Shown here: positions 32,587-42,645 of the stretch, piece after piece | How the letters are laid out: the number at the start of each line of letters is the position of its first letter | Position numbering within the stretch: the stretch's first letter is position 1 | Program-made: the position numbers and the translations under genes | Source of the DNA: Trypanosoma brucei | Taxonomy: Eukaryota | Reading direction: 5' to 3' | Assembly: GCA_000002445.1 (NCBI GenBank) | Contig: CM000207.1 | Coordinates: 1,056,001-1,120,000, forward strand | DNA: 64,000 nt | Notes under the pieces: generated by a model | What the model was told of the DNA's origin: nothing | What the model saw: only the letters and a program-made list of their open reading frames with translations | Databases searched by the model: none

Positions 32587-35500
32587 ATGTCGCCGTCAGC
32601 GCGGGAGGTGGAGGAAGTTGTACTATCTGCTGTGAGGAGAGGGGAGTGGGCTCACGCCGCCAATCTACTAGCTGGAGCGGCGCAGCTGCGGTGCGTCCCT
32701 ACCATTCGGACATATGCTGAGGTGATAGCCGCAAACTCATTGAATGGTACATGGGAGGACGCTGTGCGCGTTGTTGACCTTCTACAGAGCAGTCCACTTT
32801 CCAGCCGTGCTCTCCTGTGCACAGCCGCTGATGCGCTCCTCATGAAACCCAGTGTCTGTGCAACAGAGAAGCTTTTTTCAATTATCCTCGCGGCTCGTCG
32901 CCGCCGCGTGCAGATGGAAGTTCGCCACCAGGTTCAATGTAGTCGTCTGCTTGTGGAGGCAGGAGACTGGCAGCGTGCACTTACGTTAGGGGCGTATGGG
33001 CGACCCGTCAGACAAATCCCTGCATTAGCGTCCCCAATGATGCTTGCTGCAGCCACTGGCCGGCGGTGGATGGAAGGATCGAGGATCATGGCTGACTTAC
33101 TTATCTCGGGAACCGTCCCAGGCGCAGATGTTGCAAAAAATTACATCCGCTGCTTCACACCCACAGGACCATGGTGGCGCGCACTTGCAGTAGTGTCGGT
33201 ATTAGTCTGTAGTAGTGACGCTGGTGTAACTGCCGCAGCGCGCGGTCTTCTCAGGGAAGTAAGGAGCGGAGTGGGCGAAGCGGAACTCGCTGCGAAAAAG
33301 GCGAGGTATCAGACAGTTTTACGCCTTGTTGAGCGTCGTGGACCGTTGAATGACGTCTCCGTGGAGGAAGCATCTTATGTATTGAACGCGTTGGGTGAAG
33401 AGCGGTGGGAAGAAGCCCTTGGTATCATTCGTGCGTTCCCGTCGTTGTTAAGTTTTACACCCCGACCACGTGCCGTCCTGTTGCCCACGGCTGTACATAA
33501 AACCCAGGCGGGTTGCTACAAGCACTGGGAGTTCGTATGGAAGGTGCTTTCTTCAGGTTTTAGTAGTAACTCTGCAGAGCACGTCTTCGGCGCGGCCACC
33601 TGCTTTGCGTCGTATGTGTCGTCTGCTTGCAGGGCGGGTGAGGAGCAGTCGGAGTGTATGCGAGAAGTGGAACTCATGGGGAACAGTATGAGTTCTTCAA
33701 TAGTGGACTACCGTGCCCTTGGGGGTGGACTTCCAGAGTACGATGTCCTTAACTCCTTCGTACGCGCTTCCTGTGCATGCGGATGGTGGAAGGATGCTCT
33801 TCTGCTTTCCGAACGCCGGGCTGTTGTGCTCCGGGAACTTCTAGAGGTCGGGCCATGGCAGGCAGCACTCGCAGTATACGAAGGGATGCCACCAAGCGCC
33901 CGGGAGCGTATGGGACCTAAGCTTGAATACCTGTTCATCTCCAGAGGGCTCTGGGTGCCCGCACTACAGTACGCACAGCAACGTCTCCCGCGGGATACGC
34001 TACCGCTCCGCAACCTTTCTATACCTCTCTGTGCAGCCCTTGGTCAGTGGGGCCGAACGCTGCATCTGTTGGATCGCTACGTTAGCTTGCCCACCGACAC
34101 GGAGAAAATATTGAGGAAGAAATGTATCACGAAGGATGCTGAGGATTCGGTGCGTGCCGCCTGTGAAGCCGGTGACTGGGTGAGGGCACTCCGGGCCTGG
34201 TCACGGGTTTATTCAGTACCTCGCAGGCAAAGACAACCCGTCTTAGATGAAAGTAGGAGACGTTTTGAAATGGTGCCTGAGGTTGTGAAACAGCTTGCGA
34301 AGCTGTTACTTGCCGCTAAGCGCTATGACGAGTGCTGCGGTGTGGTTTCTTCCCACACACCAACACCGTCCGATCCTGTTGTTCTTCGTTGTCTGCAGCT
34401 CTTTAACGGGGTCCGCTCATCACCGCTAACGTACGGCAGGCTTTTGCAGGAATATAGGGAAGCTCACAAGCATCACCGTGTGTTGGTGGAATGCTATGCC
34501 GTTCTTGCACTTTGCGTGAGTGGAAACTTTTGTGGTGCCTTCTCAGTAGTTCAGCAGCTAACGGCGCAGAATTTCGGTAGACTTGAGAAGGATGTTACTG
34601 TCTTCAGCGTCCTTGAAGAGGTACCTCACTTGAAAGCGTATCTGCCACTCATCCTCTGCGCTGTGGCCACTCCCGCCAGGGCGGTGGAGCTGGAAGCAGT
34701 CATGGTTTCTCTTACTTGGTGTATTAAATTACCCAACGACACTGACCTATTTAACCGACCGCTTTCGGCCCTGTGGGGAAGCGGGGCGGATGAGCCCCGC
34801 GCTTGCGCATTTCGTGTGGCTGTGTTTGTCCTGCAGCACTCATTGGACCATGACCTTCCTTCCTCATGGGTTGTCATGGATGTTGTGGCAAGGAGTTTGG
34901 AAGATTCATCCAGACGTTCTGTGATTCACATGTTGTGTGAATCAGCGGTGCGCCGCCTTGCCTTTGATGCTGAGCAAAATGGCACCGAAAGCGGACAACA
35001 CGGAGTGCGACAAGGAAAGGGCCAGGAAGAAGTTAATGTTGTGTTTCGAAGTTGTGCAACAGCGTTTGCTCGAAAGGGGCTATGGGAACACGCTCTCGCT
35101 TCGATACAGCACTGCGAGACTGTCGATGCGGGAACCCTACTCAGTATTATCGTTTTCACAAAAGAGTTGCGGGAGCGGCGTTTGGCAACGGCCCAGCGCA
35201 TTGTTCTGGAGTTGGAAACAAGGAGGCGCAGTGATGGTGACGAACCTGAATACCCACCCGGCACGTCCGTGTCTAAGGGCCGCGTTGAGAGTGCACTGGT
35301 GGCGCTGACGGAGCTGCGGGCATGGCGAGCAGCCCTCGTCTTATTTAACTCTGAGGAAGCACAACTCTGTCTGCTGAGCAGTGGGGTTCGTAAAACTTCA
35401 AGCACTGTGGTGGGGTTACTTGTTTCTTGTGTCGCCGTTTCTGGTCCATGGGAGTTATCGTTGCGCCTGCTCGAAGCTGTGCATTGTAATATCTTGCCAA

Positions 35501-37542
35501 GCTGCCCGCTAGTTGAGAAAGGTCTCACGGATGTTCTCGGGGCGGTGGACAGTGGTAGTGGTGCTGCCATGTGCAGCCAAGTACTTCTGTTCATGGTGGA
35601 AAGAATGGGCGTCGTACCGACATCAGGGCAGTATGGTCTGTTGTTGCGTTCATGCCTTGAAGTCCGCTTGACAGTGGCGGAGCGGGAGCTGTGCGCCCGT
35701 ACTTTGAAGCGCCTCAGTCGTTGTCTTAATGAAAGGCAGGTCGTTGACCTTGTAGGGGCAATTAGCACATCTCGGCTGCCGTCAAATCCGTGGAACGAGG
35801 AAGGTCATCCCGGCACTTTGTATTCTTTCCCAACAGGGTCCCTATCAAAAAAAAGAGTGCAGCAGCTGGCGCCCGCGTTGGGTTGGATGAGAGAGGACAG
35901 ACCTTTTCTGAATGACGGAGAGTTAAATCAGCTATGTGAAATAGCTCCACTGGTTACTATTCTCAATGCACAGGATATGGAGAGGCTTTCACAGCAGTTC
36001 TTGGGTGGGCGCTTTGCTTCCTTTGAGCTTATGCTCGTGCTTCAACACTACCGGCAGGAGTTAATGGAGATGTTTGAACAGAATGGCGACGATAGTGTGA
36101 ATGTATCGTTGCTTGAGCACTGTAGGGGATCTAGGCTGTTGCATATTATGCTCGTACCTTACGAGCAGTTGTCACACAATATGATTTGCAACGGTAATGA
36201 ATCCAGTGCAATGTCCTTCCTGCAGGAAGTTCGGTGGGGAGTGTTCCGTGGCTTTGCATCGGTACGGACCGTTGCTGCGGTATGGGAGGCGTGCCGCTCA
36301 TTAGTGTCGGACCTTGCTGCGGGTCGGTGGACCCGGTTGTGCGAGTGTGAATTGCTGACAGAAGTGAGGCGGCGCCGCGGACGACCGCCAGTGTCTCTGA
36401 TCACACGGCCAGGCGCCACCCGCAGCGAAATAGCAAAGTACTGGGCAACATACGGCCGCATTGTGTGGCCGGAGTTGTACTTTAGCGGGCCTGAATTATG
36501 CCAACTTGCCGTGTATGTTCCTCTACTGGAGCCATTACTTCGTAGAGATCAAGAGCTGCGCGAACTCGTTTTCGGTATCCACGCATCACACTTTGCTTTC
36601 CACTCTATACCAAGTGGGGAACTGTTGTTCAGGCGACCGCGGTCACCCGAAGCAATCCGTGCGGTGATTCATCTGGTATTTGGTAAGCTAAAACGTCTTC
36701 ACTCTGAACTGGACGCCGATAAACGAGGTGCACGTCGTTACTATCGTCACACACCCGATATGGTGCTGTGGCAGCGCACGGAGCGTGCCATACAAAAGCG
36801 GCAGGAGAGCGCAGACCAGTCAGCGATGGGCGGCACGGTAGAAGAGCAAACGCCGAGGTGGTCGCTCGCATTGCGCATTTTGTACCACTATCGACGTTCT
36901 ACCAAAGTTACTCTTAAAGTAACCGCACTTGCTGCCTTATTCTCAGCATGTGCCGCGGACGTGGAGGGCGGTAACGTTCAAATTTCTTGTCAGTCTCGAA
37001 AGCAAGGGAAACGACTGGGAGAAATTTCGTGGTGGATGCTATCGATTTATTGTGCGCGGTTTGTTGAACCGAACCTAACTTTAACTATGTGGCGCGATGC
37101 GATGAAGTTGGCAGTCCTGCCGTCCGTATCCAATCCACCGAAGACTCTGCTCACTAGCACATATGGGTTGGAGGACATAAATGATATATCCCTGAGGGCC
37201 ACAATGCAAGTGCTGATGTGCCAAGTAAATGATGCCAGTGGAAACGGGCGGGTGCCCTTCTCCACTTCGCTTCTTCTGGTTGATCAACTGAAGGAGTCAC
37301 TATCTGCTCCACATCACTTTCCATCGTACTGTGTTTCTTTGGATGTTTACCGTTGTTATCGTCCCTTGGAGTGTGCGAGTAAGGGTGAGAGCGATGCTCT
37401 TACCGTGTGGTCATTGTTGCAGACCCATCGCTGCTTGGAGAAAATGGAACCGCTCCATGCGAACTTAGTTCGGCGGATGCTGTTGGGTGGGAAGGGTTTT
37501 GGGGAGACAGGGACTTGTAGTCGCTGCAGGAAGGGTATTTAA
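32587..37542 (+). CDS. Large alpha-helical repeat protein, 1651 aa, possibly pentatricopeptide-repeat-like
   Basis: ATG at 32587. Helical motifs of the form 'G(D/T/P)W(x)xAL' recur throughout: NGTWEDAVRVV, EAGDWQRALTLGAYG, TGPWWRALAVV, ERWEEALGII, CGWWKDALLL, VGPWQAALAVYEGMP, RGLWVPALQYA, EAGDWVRALRAWSRV, KGLWEHALASI, SGPWELSLRLLEAV. This is the hairpin signature of PPR/TPR-type solenoids. Confidence 0.55.
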   Translation: MSPSAREVEEVVLSAVRRGEWAHAANLLAGAAQLRCVPTIRTYAEVIAANSLNGTWEDAVRVVDLLQSSPLSSRALLCTAADALLMKPSVCATEKLFSIILAARRRRVQMEVRHQVQCSRLLVEAGDWQRALTLGAYGRPVRQIPALASPMMLAAATGRRWMEGSRIMADLLISGTVPGADVAKNYIRCFTPTGPWWRALAVVSVLVCSSDAGVTAAARGLLREVRSGVGEAELAAKKARYQTVLRLVERRGPLNDVSVEEASYVLNALGEERWEEALGIIRAFPSLLSFTPRPRAVLLPTAVHKTQAGCYKHWEFVWKVLSSGFSSNSAEHVFGAATCFASYVSSACRAGEEQSECMREVELMGNSMSSSIVDYRALGGGLPEYDVLNSFVRASCACGWWKDALLLSERRAVVLRELLEVGPWQAALAVYEGMPPSARERMGPKLEYLFISRGLWVPALQYAQQRLPRDTLPLRNLSIPLCAALGQWGRTLHLLDRYVSLPTDTEKILRKKCITKDAEDSVRAACEAGDWVRALRAWSRVYSVPRRQRQPVLDESRRRFEMVPEVVKQLAKLLLAAKRYDECCGVVSSHTPTPSDPVVLRCLQLFNGVRSSPLTYGRLLQEYREAHKHHRVLVECYAVLALCVSGNFCGAFSVVQQLTAQNFGRLEKDVTVFSVLEEVPHLKAYLPLILCAVATPARAVELEAVMVSLTWCIKLPNDTDLFNRPLSALWGSGADEPRACAFRVAVFVLQHSLDHDLPSSWVVMDVVARSLEDSSRRSVIHMLCESAVRRLAFDAEQNGTESGQHGVRQGKGQEEVNVVFRSCATAFARKGLWEHALASIQHCETVDAGTLLSIIVFTKELRERRLATAQRIVLELETRRRSDGDEPEYPPGTSVSKGRVESALVALTELRAWRAALVLFNSEEAQLCLLSSGVRKTSSTVVGLLVSCVAVSGPWELSLRLLEAVHCNILPSCPLVEKGLTDVLGAVDSGSGAAMCSQVLLFMVERMGVVPTSGQYGLLLRSCLEVRLTVAERELCARTLKRLSRCLNERQVVDLVGAISTSRLPSNPWNEEGHPGTLYSFPTGSLSKKRVQQLAPALGWMREDRPFLNDGELNQLCEIAPLVTILNAQDMERLSQQFLGGRFASFELMLVLQHYRQELMEMFEQNGDDSVNVSLLEHCRGSRLLHIMLVPYEQLSHNMICNGNESSAMSFLQEVRWGVFRGFASVRTVAAVWEACRSLVSDLAAGRWTRLCECELLTEVRRRRGRPPVSLITRPGATRSEIAKYWATYGRIVWPELYFSGPELCQLAVYVPLLEPLLRRDQELRELVFGIHASHFAFHSIPSGELLFRRPRSPEAIRAVIHLVFGKLKRLHSELDADKRGARRYYRHTPDMVLWQRTERAIQKRQESADQSAMGGTVEEQTPRWSLALRILYHYRRSTKVTLKVTALAALFSACAADVEGGNVQISCQSRKQGKRLGEISWWMLSIYCARFVEPNLTLTMWRDAMKLAVLPSVSNPPKTLLTSTYGLEDINDISLRATMQVLMCQVNDASGNGRVPFSTSLLLVDQLKESLSAPHHFPSYCVSLDVYRCYRPLECASKGESDALTVWSLLQTHRCLEKMEPLHANLVRRMLLGGKGFGETGTCSRCRKGI

Positions 37543-37680
37543 CGCGTGCTGTGAGGCTTTATGACGCACTCTTTACAGAAGGGAATACCCTCCGTTGTTT
37601 CTTGCACTTTGCTTCGGTGTTATTTCTTTCGTAATTGCTTCATGTTTCCTTACCACCTGTGCCGTAATACTACAACGCAA

Positions 37681-37705
37681 CTTTATCGATGTCTTTTTTT
37701 TTTTT
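37681..37705 (+). promoter_or_regulatory. Poly(T) tract upstream of the KAR5/GEX1-like gene
   Basis: 'cgatgtcttttttttttttaaaaactcttgg' lies ~110 nt upstream of the ATG at 37818. Confidence 0.3.
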
Positions 37706-37817
37706 AAAAACTCTTGGATGCAAACACGTGCACATAGACAAACATTCATTATTATCAGTGGGTTCGTGGTTGCTAAACATCGATATTGCAGTGAGGAAAG
37801 CGGCTTTTAAGCTTCCG

Positions 37818-39302
37818 ATGCACCGTACCAGTTTACGCCTAACCATTGTACTTTTCTGCACACTGCTCAACTTTCCAGGCCTTGCGGTGGCGTGGTTCTA
37901 TTCGCCTCTCTCCGCTGCTAAGCAGCAAGCAGACAACAAAGCACCGCTACCGACGGCTGGCGACCATCGTCAGCAGCAGCGACGACGAGCTTCAGTTCAC
38001 ATGGAGTTTCTTAGGGAGAAGAGAGCTGGGGGTGTTGGGAGTGGCCAGCTGACGCAGTTGTGGGCGGAGGCTGAGGCGAAGGGGAGTGTTTCCTCCTGCT
38101 GGAAAAAGGCTCTAGATGAACTGAAAAGTGGATGCAGATCGCTGCGCACGGACGATGGAGCGAGGAGCTGGTTGGCGCTAACCATGGCGACATGTGATGA
38201 TGAAACCGATGGACGGCGGCGTAGCTGGCCCCGCTGTGAAAGCAGAGACAAAATCCAGGACTGTATATACGGTTTAGATGATACACACTATTTAGTTTAT
38301 GTGCAGTACAAGCTTCATACCGACGTTCTTTGCCTCTATATCCAAGAGGAGTCATTTCAAGAGCGTACTGAGGCTGCGGTGCACGCACTGCACACCAGCT
38401 CGATGACAGCAGCAGAGACCCTTGGTGACCTGCATCACTCTAACAAGGAATTGCTGTCATCCATGGGTGACGCCACTGAGCAGCAAAGATTGAATGTTGC
38501 GGAGACGAAGCGGCTTCACCATCAACTGCAGGACATCCAGAAAGGTCAAACGACTGCCTTTGAATCGCTGAAAAGTTCGGCTCAACGCATAACAAGAACA
38601 GTGGAGGATGCATCGTTGCACCTTCAACAACTGCACGCAGCAATTGATGAAGGCGCTGCACGCTCCGTTGCGGCACTAAGGAATGTCGCTCAGGAGGCGG
38701 AGGCATTCCAGAGTCGGACGGAGCTTCATGTTACCGGCATGCTCCGCGGATTGGAGCGGCTCGAGGTTTTCGTGCAGTTGCTTTTGGATGGGACGGTAGG
38801 CATAAGTGAGATACTGCGGGGCGTAGCACTTATGACTATGGTATTGTTGCTCACAATGCCAGCGAGGACTAGTGAAGCACGGCTCCCTTGCCTTTCTCTA
38901 GCTGCGGCAGCATACGCAGTGCGTCCGTTACTTTCAACTTCGCTTCGCAGCACCGTCACCGCGAGGTCATTCCTTACGGCACTCTCTTTCGCAGAGATCT
39001 CTGTACTGGCATACTATGCGTTGATGTACCGCACACCGGAGGAGGCTCTTCGGAGGTTGTTCCGGAGGGAAGTAAAAGGTGCGCTGGACGAGATGTGGGT
39101 ACTTCAGCTGGAAGAAATACACACAACTGTTGACACAGCTTTTAGTACTGCATTTGCCCTGATTGCAGATAGTGAAGGTCGGCACGGATGTTTGAAGGGC
39201 ACTGTGACCCCACGAAATGTTGACACAGAGGAGATCGATCCGACGGATACCCGAAAGGTAGTGCGGAAAATAACAAGCCGAAGCCGATCTCGGCGTGTCT
39301 AA
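37818..39302 (+). CDS. Membrane protein with the KAR5/GEX1 nuclear-fusion-protein architecture: signal peptide, Cys-rich ectodomain, coiled coil, C-terminal TM helices. 494 aa.
   Basis: ATG verified at 37818. The N-terminus 'MHRTSLRLTIVLFCTLLNFPGLAVAWF' is signal-peptide-like. Cys cluster: 'CWKKALDELKSGCRSL…TMATCDDE…WPRCESRDKIQDCIYG…LCLYIQ'. A long helical/coiled region follows. At the C-terminus there are 2-3 hydrophobic helices ('GVALMTMVLLLTM', 'SLAAAAYAVRPLL', 'FLTALSFAEISVLAYYALMY'). Confidence 0.45.
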   Translation: MHRTSLRLTIVLFCTLLNFPGLAVAWFYSPLSAAKQQADNKAPLPTAGDHRQQQRRRASVHMEFLREKRAGGVGSGQLTQLWAEAEAKGSVSSCWKKALDELKSGCRSLRTDDGARSWLALTMATCDDETDGRRRSWPRCESRDKIQDCIYGLDDTHYLVYVQYKLHTDVLCLYIQEESFQERTEAAVHALHTSSMTAAETLGDLHHSNKELLSSMGDATEQQRLNVAETKRLHHQLQDIQKGQTTAFESLKSSAQRITRTVEDASLHLQQLHAAIDEGAARSVAALRNVAQEAEAFQSRTELHVTGMLRGLERLEVFVQLLLDGTVGISEILRGVALMTMVLLLTMPARTSEARLPCLSLAAAAYAVRPLLSTSLRSTVTARSFLTALSFAEISVLAYYALMYRTPEEALRRLFRREVKGALDEMWVLQLEEIHTTVDTAFSTAFALIADSEGRHGCLKGTVTPRNVDTEEIDPTDTRKVVRKITSRSRSRRV

Positions 39303-39787
39303 ATGGAAGCAGCGTGCCGGTGCCGCCGCTGCACCAAAGCTTACTTGACTCAATGATGAGAGTACTTCCGTTTCTTTCCTCTATTTTTTGTTACCCTTTG
39401 TTACCCTTGTTTTTATCAGCATCGTCAAATTCAATGTTTTTCTACTTTCCTTCATTCATTTTCTCGTTTCTTAGTTTGTTTATTGACTGGTCCGTTATAT
39501 TTTATGGCATTGTGGCTTGCAATGTGTTTGTTGCCCTCAGGGAAGATGGGGTTTACTGCAGACGTGAGGAGCACTCTCACAGCAAAGCTCAACTACTTGA
39601 CTTATTTCCCTCCTTTGACACATCCATTACTTCATTTCCTTGAAAGGAAGGGAAATGTGTTATTTGGTGATGTCCTCCCTCCCACTGATGCTGCGGGTGG
39701 TGTGTAAATATTCTTGTGCCTCTCCTGCGTTCGTTTATTAAATCTTATCTTCTTCCCTTCCTCTGTCGTGTTTTATATCAAAAGGTG

Positions 39788-40681
39788 ATGATACTCCCTT
39801 CTGCCCCTCCTGATTCGTCGTCCGTAAGTAATGAACTGATGGGGTGGGCGTACGTTACGAATCAGTTGCTCTTGGACAACGCGCGGCGTGTGGTCACGGA
39901 GGTCGAAGAGCCCTCACGACGTGCCGACCTTGCGGCGGAGTGGGCAGCGGGTTTGGCAGAGCTTCTACACGTGCGTAGCACCTGCGTTTCCTCCATGTTG
40001 TGCCGATTAGTGACGGGGAACAGCAGAGAGGGTACCGAGTATGGAGTAGGGGAAACGATGGGCCTGTGTGCAGAGAATGACCACCGCGAGGCTGCCGAAC
40101 TAAACCGCCTTGAGGCCGCCCGGCGTGAACTTCATCAGTTGCGTGCAGAGCGAGAGGCAGAAAAGCAGTGCCTACGGAGGATGCGCCAATGTGTGAAGCA
40201 AGCATCTAATACTTTCGAAGAGCAGTTTGGCGTCCAGGTTTTCGCACCGAACGTGGAGGACGACACATCTGTGAAGGTAGCGGAATTACAAGATAGTCTT
40301 GCTGCGTACGTGGAGGCTACACAGAAGAAGCAAGTGCAGCTCCAAGAAGAAGTAGCGGCGCTTCGAGTGTTGTTGAAAAGCTGTGAACAGGAAGGGGGCC
40401 AACGGCACGCGTTGCGGGTAGGAGGAACGCCACTTTCATTCCCTTCGCGTAGTAATGGGACGCAGTATTCTGGCGTATTCGTGGGTGAGACGCCGTATGG
40501 TTTAGCACACACTGCAATGGGGGGCTCCCGGCCACAGCAACAGTTGTTACAGAGGAACGCCGACGGTGCAGCTTTCTCTCCTTTTCAGGGGGATCTCTCA
40601 ACCTCAGGGTTGGCTAATGCAGTCCGGGCTTGGAAAGAGAGACAACAGCGACTAAAGGAGGAGTTGCGCAACCTGCAGTGA
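39788..40681 (+). CDS. Hypothetical coiled-coil protein, 297 aa
   Basis: The track's start at 39716 is a GTG. The first ATG is at 39788. The charged helical region 'AAELNRLEAARRELHQLRAEREAEKQCLRRMRQ…' is present, and no enzymatic motif. Confidence 0.4.
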   Translation: MILPSAPPDSSSVSNELMGWAYVTNQLLLDNARRVVTEVEEPSRRADLAAEWAAGLAELLHVRSTCVSSMLCRLVTGNSREGTEYGVGETMGLCAENDHREAAELNRLEAARRELHQLRAEREAEKQCLRRMRQCVKQASNTFEEQFGVQVFAPNVEDDTSVKVAELQDSLAAYVEATQKKQVQLQEEVAALRVLLKSCEQEGGQRHALRVGGTPLSFPSRSNGTQYSGVFVGETPYGLAHTAMGGSRPQQQLLQRNADGAAFSPFQGDLSTSGLANAVRAWKERQQRLKEELRNLQ

Positions 40682-40919
40682 GGGAATGACGGCTAGTTCA
40701 TCATTATTCCAGTTTTCCCAATCCATGACTTTCCTTTTCGAAAGTACAGGCACCCCATTCCAGAGAAAGAAACACTAATGCTTGGTGCGTGTGAGTGGAA
40801 ACTTTCCTGTTTTAACATTTGCATGTATTGCGCCGTGAAACATCCCTTTGCCCTTTGTTTTTCATTATTTTCAATCACTTAGTCAGTGGGACCTGCATCA
40901 AGTCATAGTTGGGTCACAT

Positions 40920-41834
40920 ATGAGTGAAACAAACCCAGTAGTGAGAGGTGCCGTTGGTGTACATGAACTTGCACCACTCTGTTCTCACGTTTGTTTGCCA
41001 GGGGAATCGGTGCTACTGCTGGAACCCACGGCTGTCGTGACCCTTGGTAGTGGTCTTCATCCACTCCAACAAGATGGCAGTGATGACCGTAAGGAGAGTT
41101 TTGAAGCCTCAGGTGAAGAAGGAAGCACTGTTGTGGTTTCCGAGTTTTGTGGACCTGTGTTGCGCACCGCGGGGCCAAATCACACACAGCTATACAAACT
41201 CAATGGACCGGCGGCACGTCGCTACATGTACGCAGCCAGGGACCCCGTAGTGGCAATTGTAATGAAGAAGAACGCGAGTTATTACTCGTGCTATACTGGT
41301 GCTGCATCGTTGGCTGTGCTTGACGCTCTTGGCTTTGATGGTGCCACGAAAACAAACAAACCTCGATTACAAGAGGGTGACGTTGTTTATGCCTTTGTGA
41401 AAGGGAACGCTGATGCCTCATCCCTTGATACAAAGTTTGATGATGGTCGTGTGGTGGTTTCCTCCAGTGACGAGGTGGAACTAAGTTGCATGGCTGCTGA
41501 GGTCGGTTTAGTGGCGCGGGACTGGACCTCAGCAGAGGCAGTCTTTGGCCCGCTTGTGGGTGGCACAGTTGTTCGTGTCGCGTTACCTTATGCGCGCAGT
41601 CTTATCGACGGCCCTGCTTCGCGGTTGCTTGCACTGTTGGGAGATCGCGTGCCGTACGATGTGTGTGTTGGAGTCAACGGTCTCGTCTGGGTGCGAGGAC
41701 ATCCCAGTGCTGCTGACCCCACGGCAGCCGCCCGCCGTACTGTTGCTGTGGCGGCGTGTGTAGTTGAGGCGCAGGATGCCGCGACACTGGAGGAGATGGA
41801 AGCCCACGTACGCGGTTATTTTCCCAAGGAGTAA
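40920..41834 (+). CDS. Exosome cap subunit-like RNA-binding protein with S1 and KH folds, RRP40/RRP4-type, 304 aa
   Basis: ATG verified at 40920. 'GDVVYAFVKGNADASSLDTKFDDGRVV' is S1-like. The C-terminus 'FGPLVGGTVVRVALPYARSLI…LLALLGDRVPYDVCVGVNGLVWVRG' matches the RRP40/RRP4 KH consensus '…LGxxFPFEVAVGMNGRIWV'. Confidence 0.5.
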   Translation: MSETNPVVRGAVGVHELAPLCSHVCLPGESVLLLEPTAVVTLGSGLHPLQQDGSDDRKESFEASGEEGSTVVVSEFCGPVLRTAGPNHTQLYKLNGPAARRYMYAARDPVVAIVMKKNASYYSCYTGAASLAVLDALGFDGATKTNKPRLQEGDVVYAFVKGNADASSLDTKFDDGRVVVSSSDEVELSCMAAEVGLVARDWTSAEAVFGPLVGGTVVRVALPYARSLIDGPASRLLALLGDRVPYDVCVGVNGLVWVRGHPSAADPTAAARRTVAVAACVVEAQDAATLEEMEAHVRGYFPKE

Positions 41835-42184
41835 ATATAAGTTAAGGATGTTAGCGACGGTGCGCTTGCCGCTGTAAGTTTCTTTATTCCTTCTTTCCCT
41901 TTCTTCAAGGAGCTCGTGGAGTTTAATTGCTGTGCTTATACACTCCTCGTATTTTCTATCCCTCCATTTTTTCTACAACCTTTTGTTTGAAAAAGCACTT
42001 TCTGTGTAATTTATTATACACATAAAAGCCCAGGGTGCGGGTGAGATAACAAGGCTAAGGGGAAAAAAGAATAAAAGAAGAAGCGAAGTGGAGTAAACCC
42101 TCTGTCTACGCAGTGTGAAAGGTTTCACAACACTAGCATCATCGTCGCTTTTATTATTAATACTATCACAGGTGAAGCTCACCG

Positions 42185-42565
42185 ATGCCGGATTACACGC
42201 AGTTCATCAAGTACTTTAACGAGTACCCGAACATCCCACCAAGTGAGACCTCTGCGTATAGTCGACTAGCCGACACTACGTGGCGTCTGCTCACAGCTAC
42301 TGACAAGGAAAGTACGGGCACGAAGGCATCATCTCGTTCCGACGCCAACATCACCACGGGACCAACATGCCCGCCCATTGTTGTTGGGCGCTTACTTGTT
42401 TCCACGGAGGACCGCTGGCGTATACAGGCACACATGCGACGTGAGGAGGCGAAAGCTGGAGCCGGTAGGAAAGAATACAATAAAAAGGTGACACGGGCTG
42501 CTAAGCCAACGAAGGGTCCGGCACCCGGCGAAGGTTTCCCTCCGGGGCGCGGTCGGCCCGTGTGA
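42185..42565 (+). CDS. Hypothetical small basic protein, 126 aa
   Basis: ATG at 42185. It lies on the + strand between two array genes and has no recognisable domain. Confidence 0.3.
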   Translation: MPDYTQFIKYFNEYPNIPPSETSAYSRLADTTWRLLTATDKESTGTKASSRSDANITTGPTCPPIVVGRLLVSTEDRWRIQAHMRREEAKAGAGRKEYNKKVTRAAKPTKGPAPGEGFPPGRGRPV

Positions 42566-42645
42566 GGGAGAGCATTACTCGAGAAGCTGCTAGCCGCGGC
42601 CAAAACTCACCTATCCTGTGTCGCTCAGTCGTTGGGTTCTGCTGC

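Noticed and set aside
34926-35768. A 280-aa ORF on the minus strand inside the 1651-aa gene. There are similar long antisense ORFs at 50515..51342, 25940..26440, 30830..31231, 8207..8515 and 2759..3232.
   Set aside because: They are antisense shadow ORFs, fully nested in stronger + strand genes or in GC-rich non-coding DNA. They have low-complexity Ser/Arg/Ala-rich translations and no motifs. Overlapping opposite-strand genes are not expected in a kinetoplastid polycistron.
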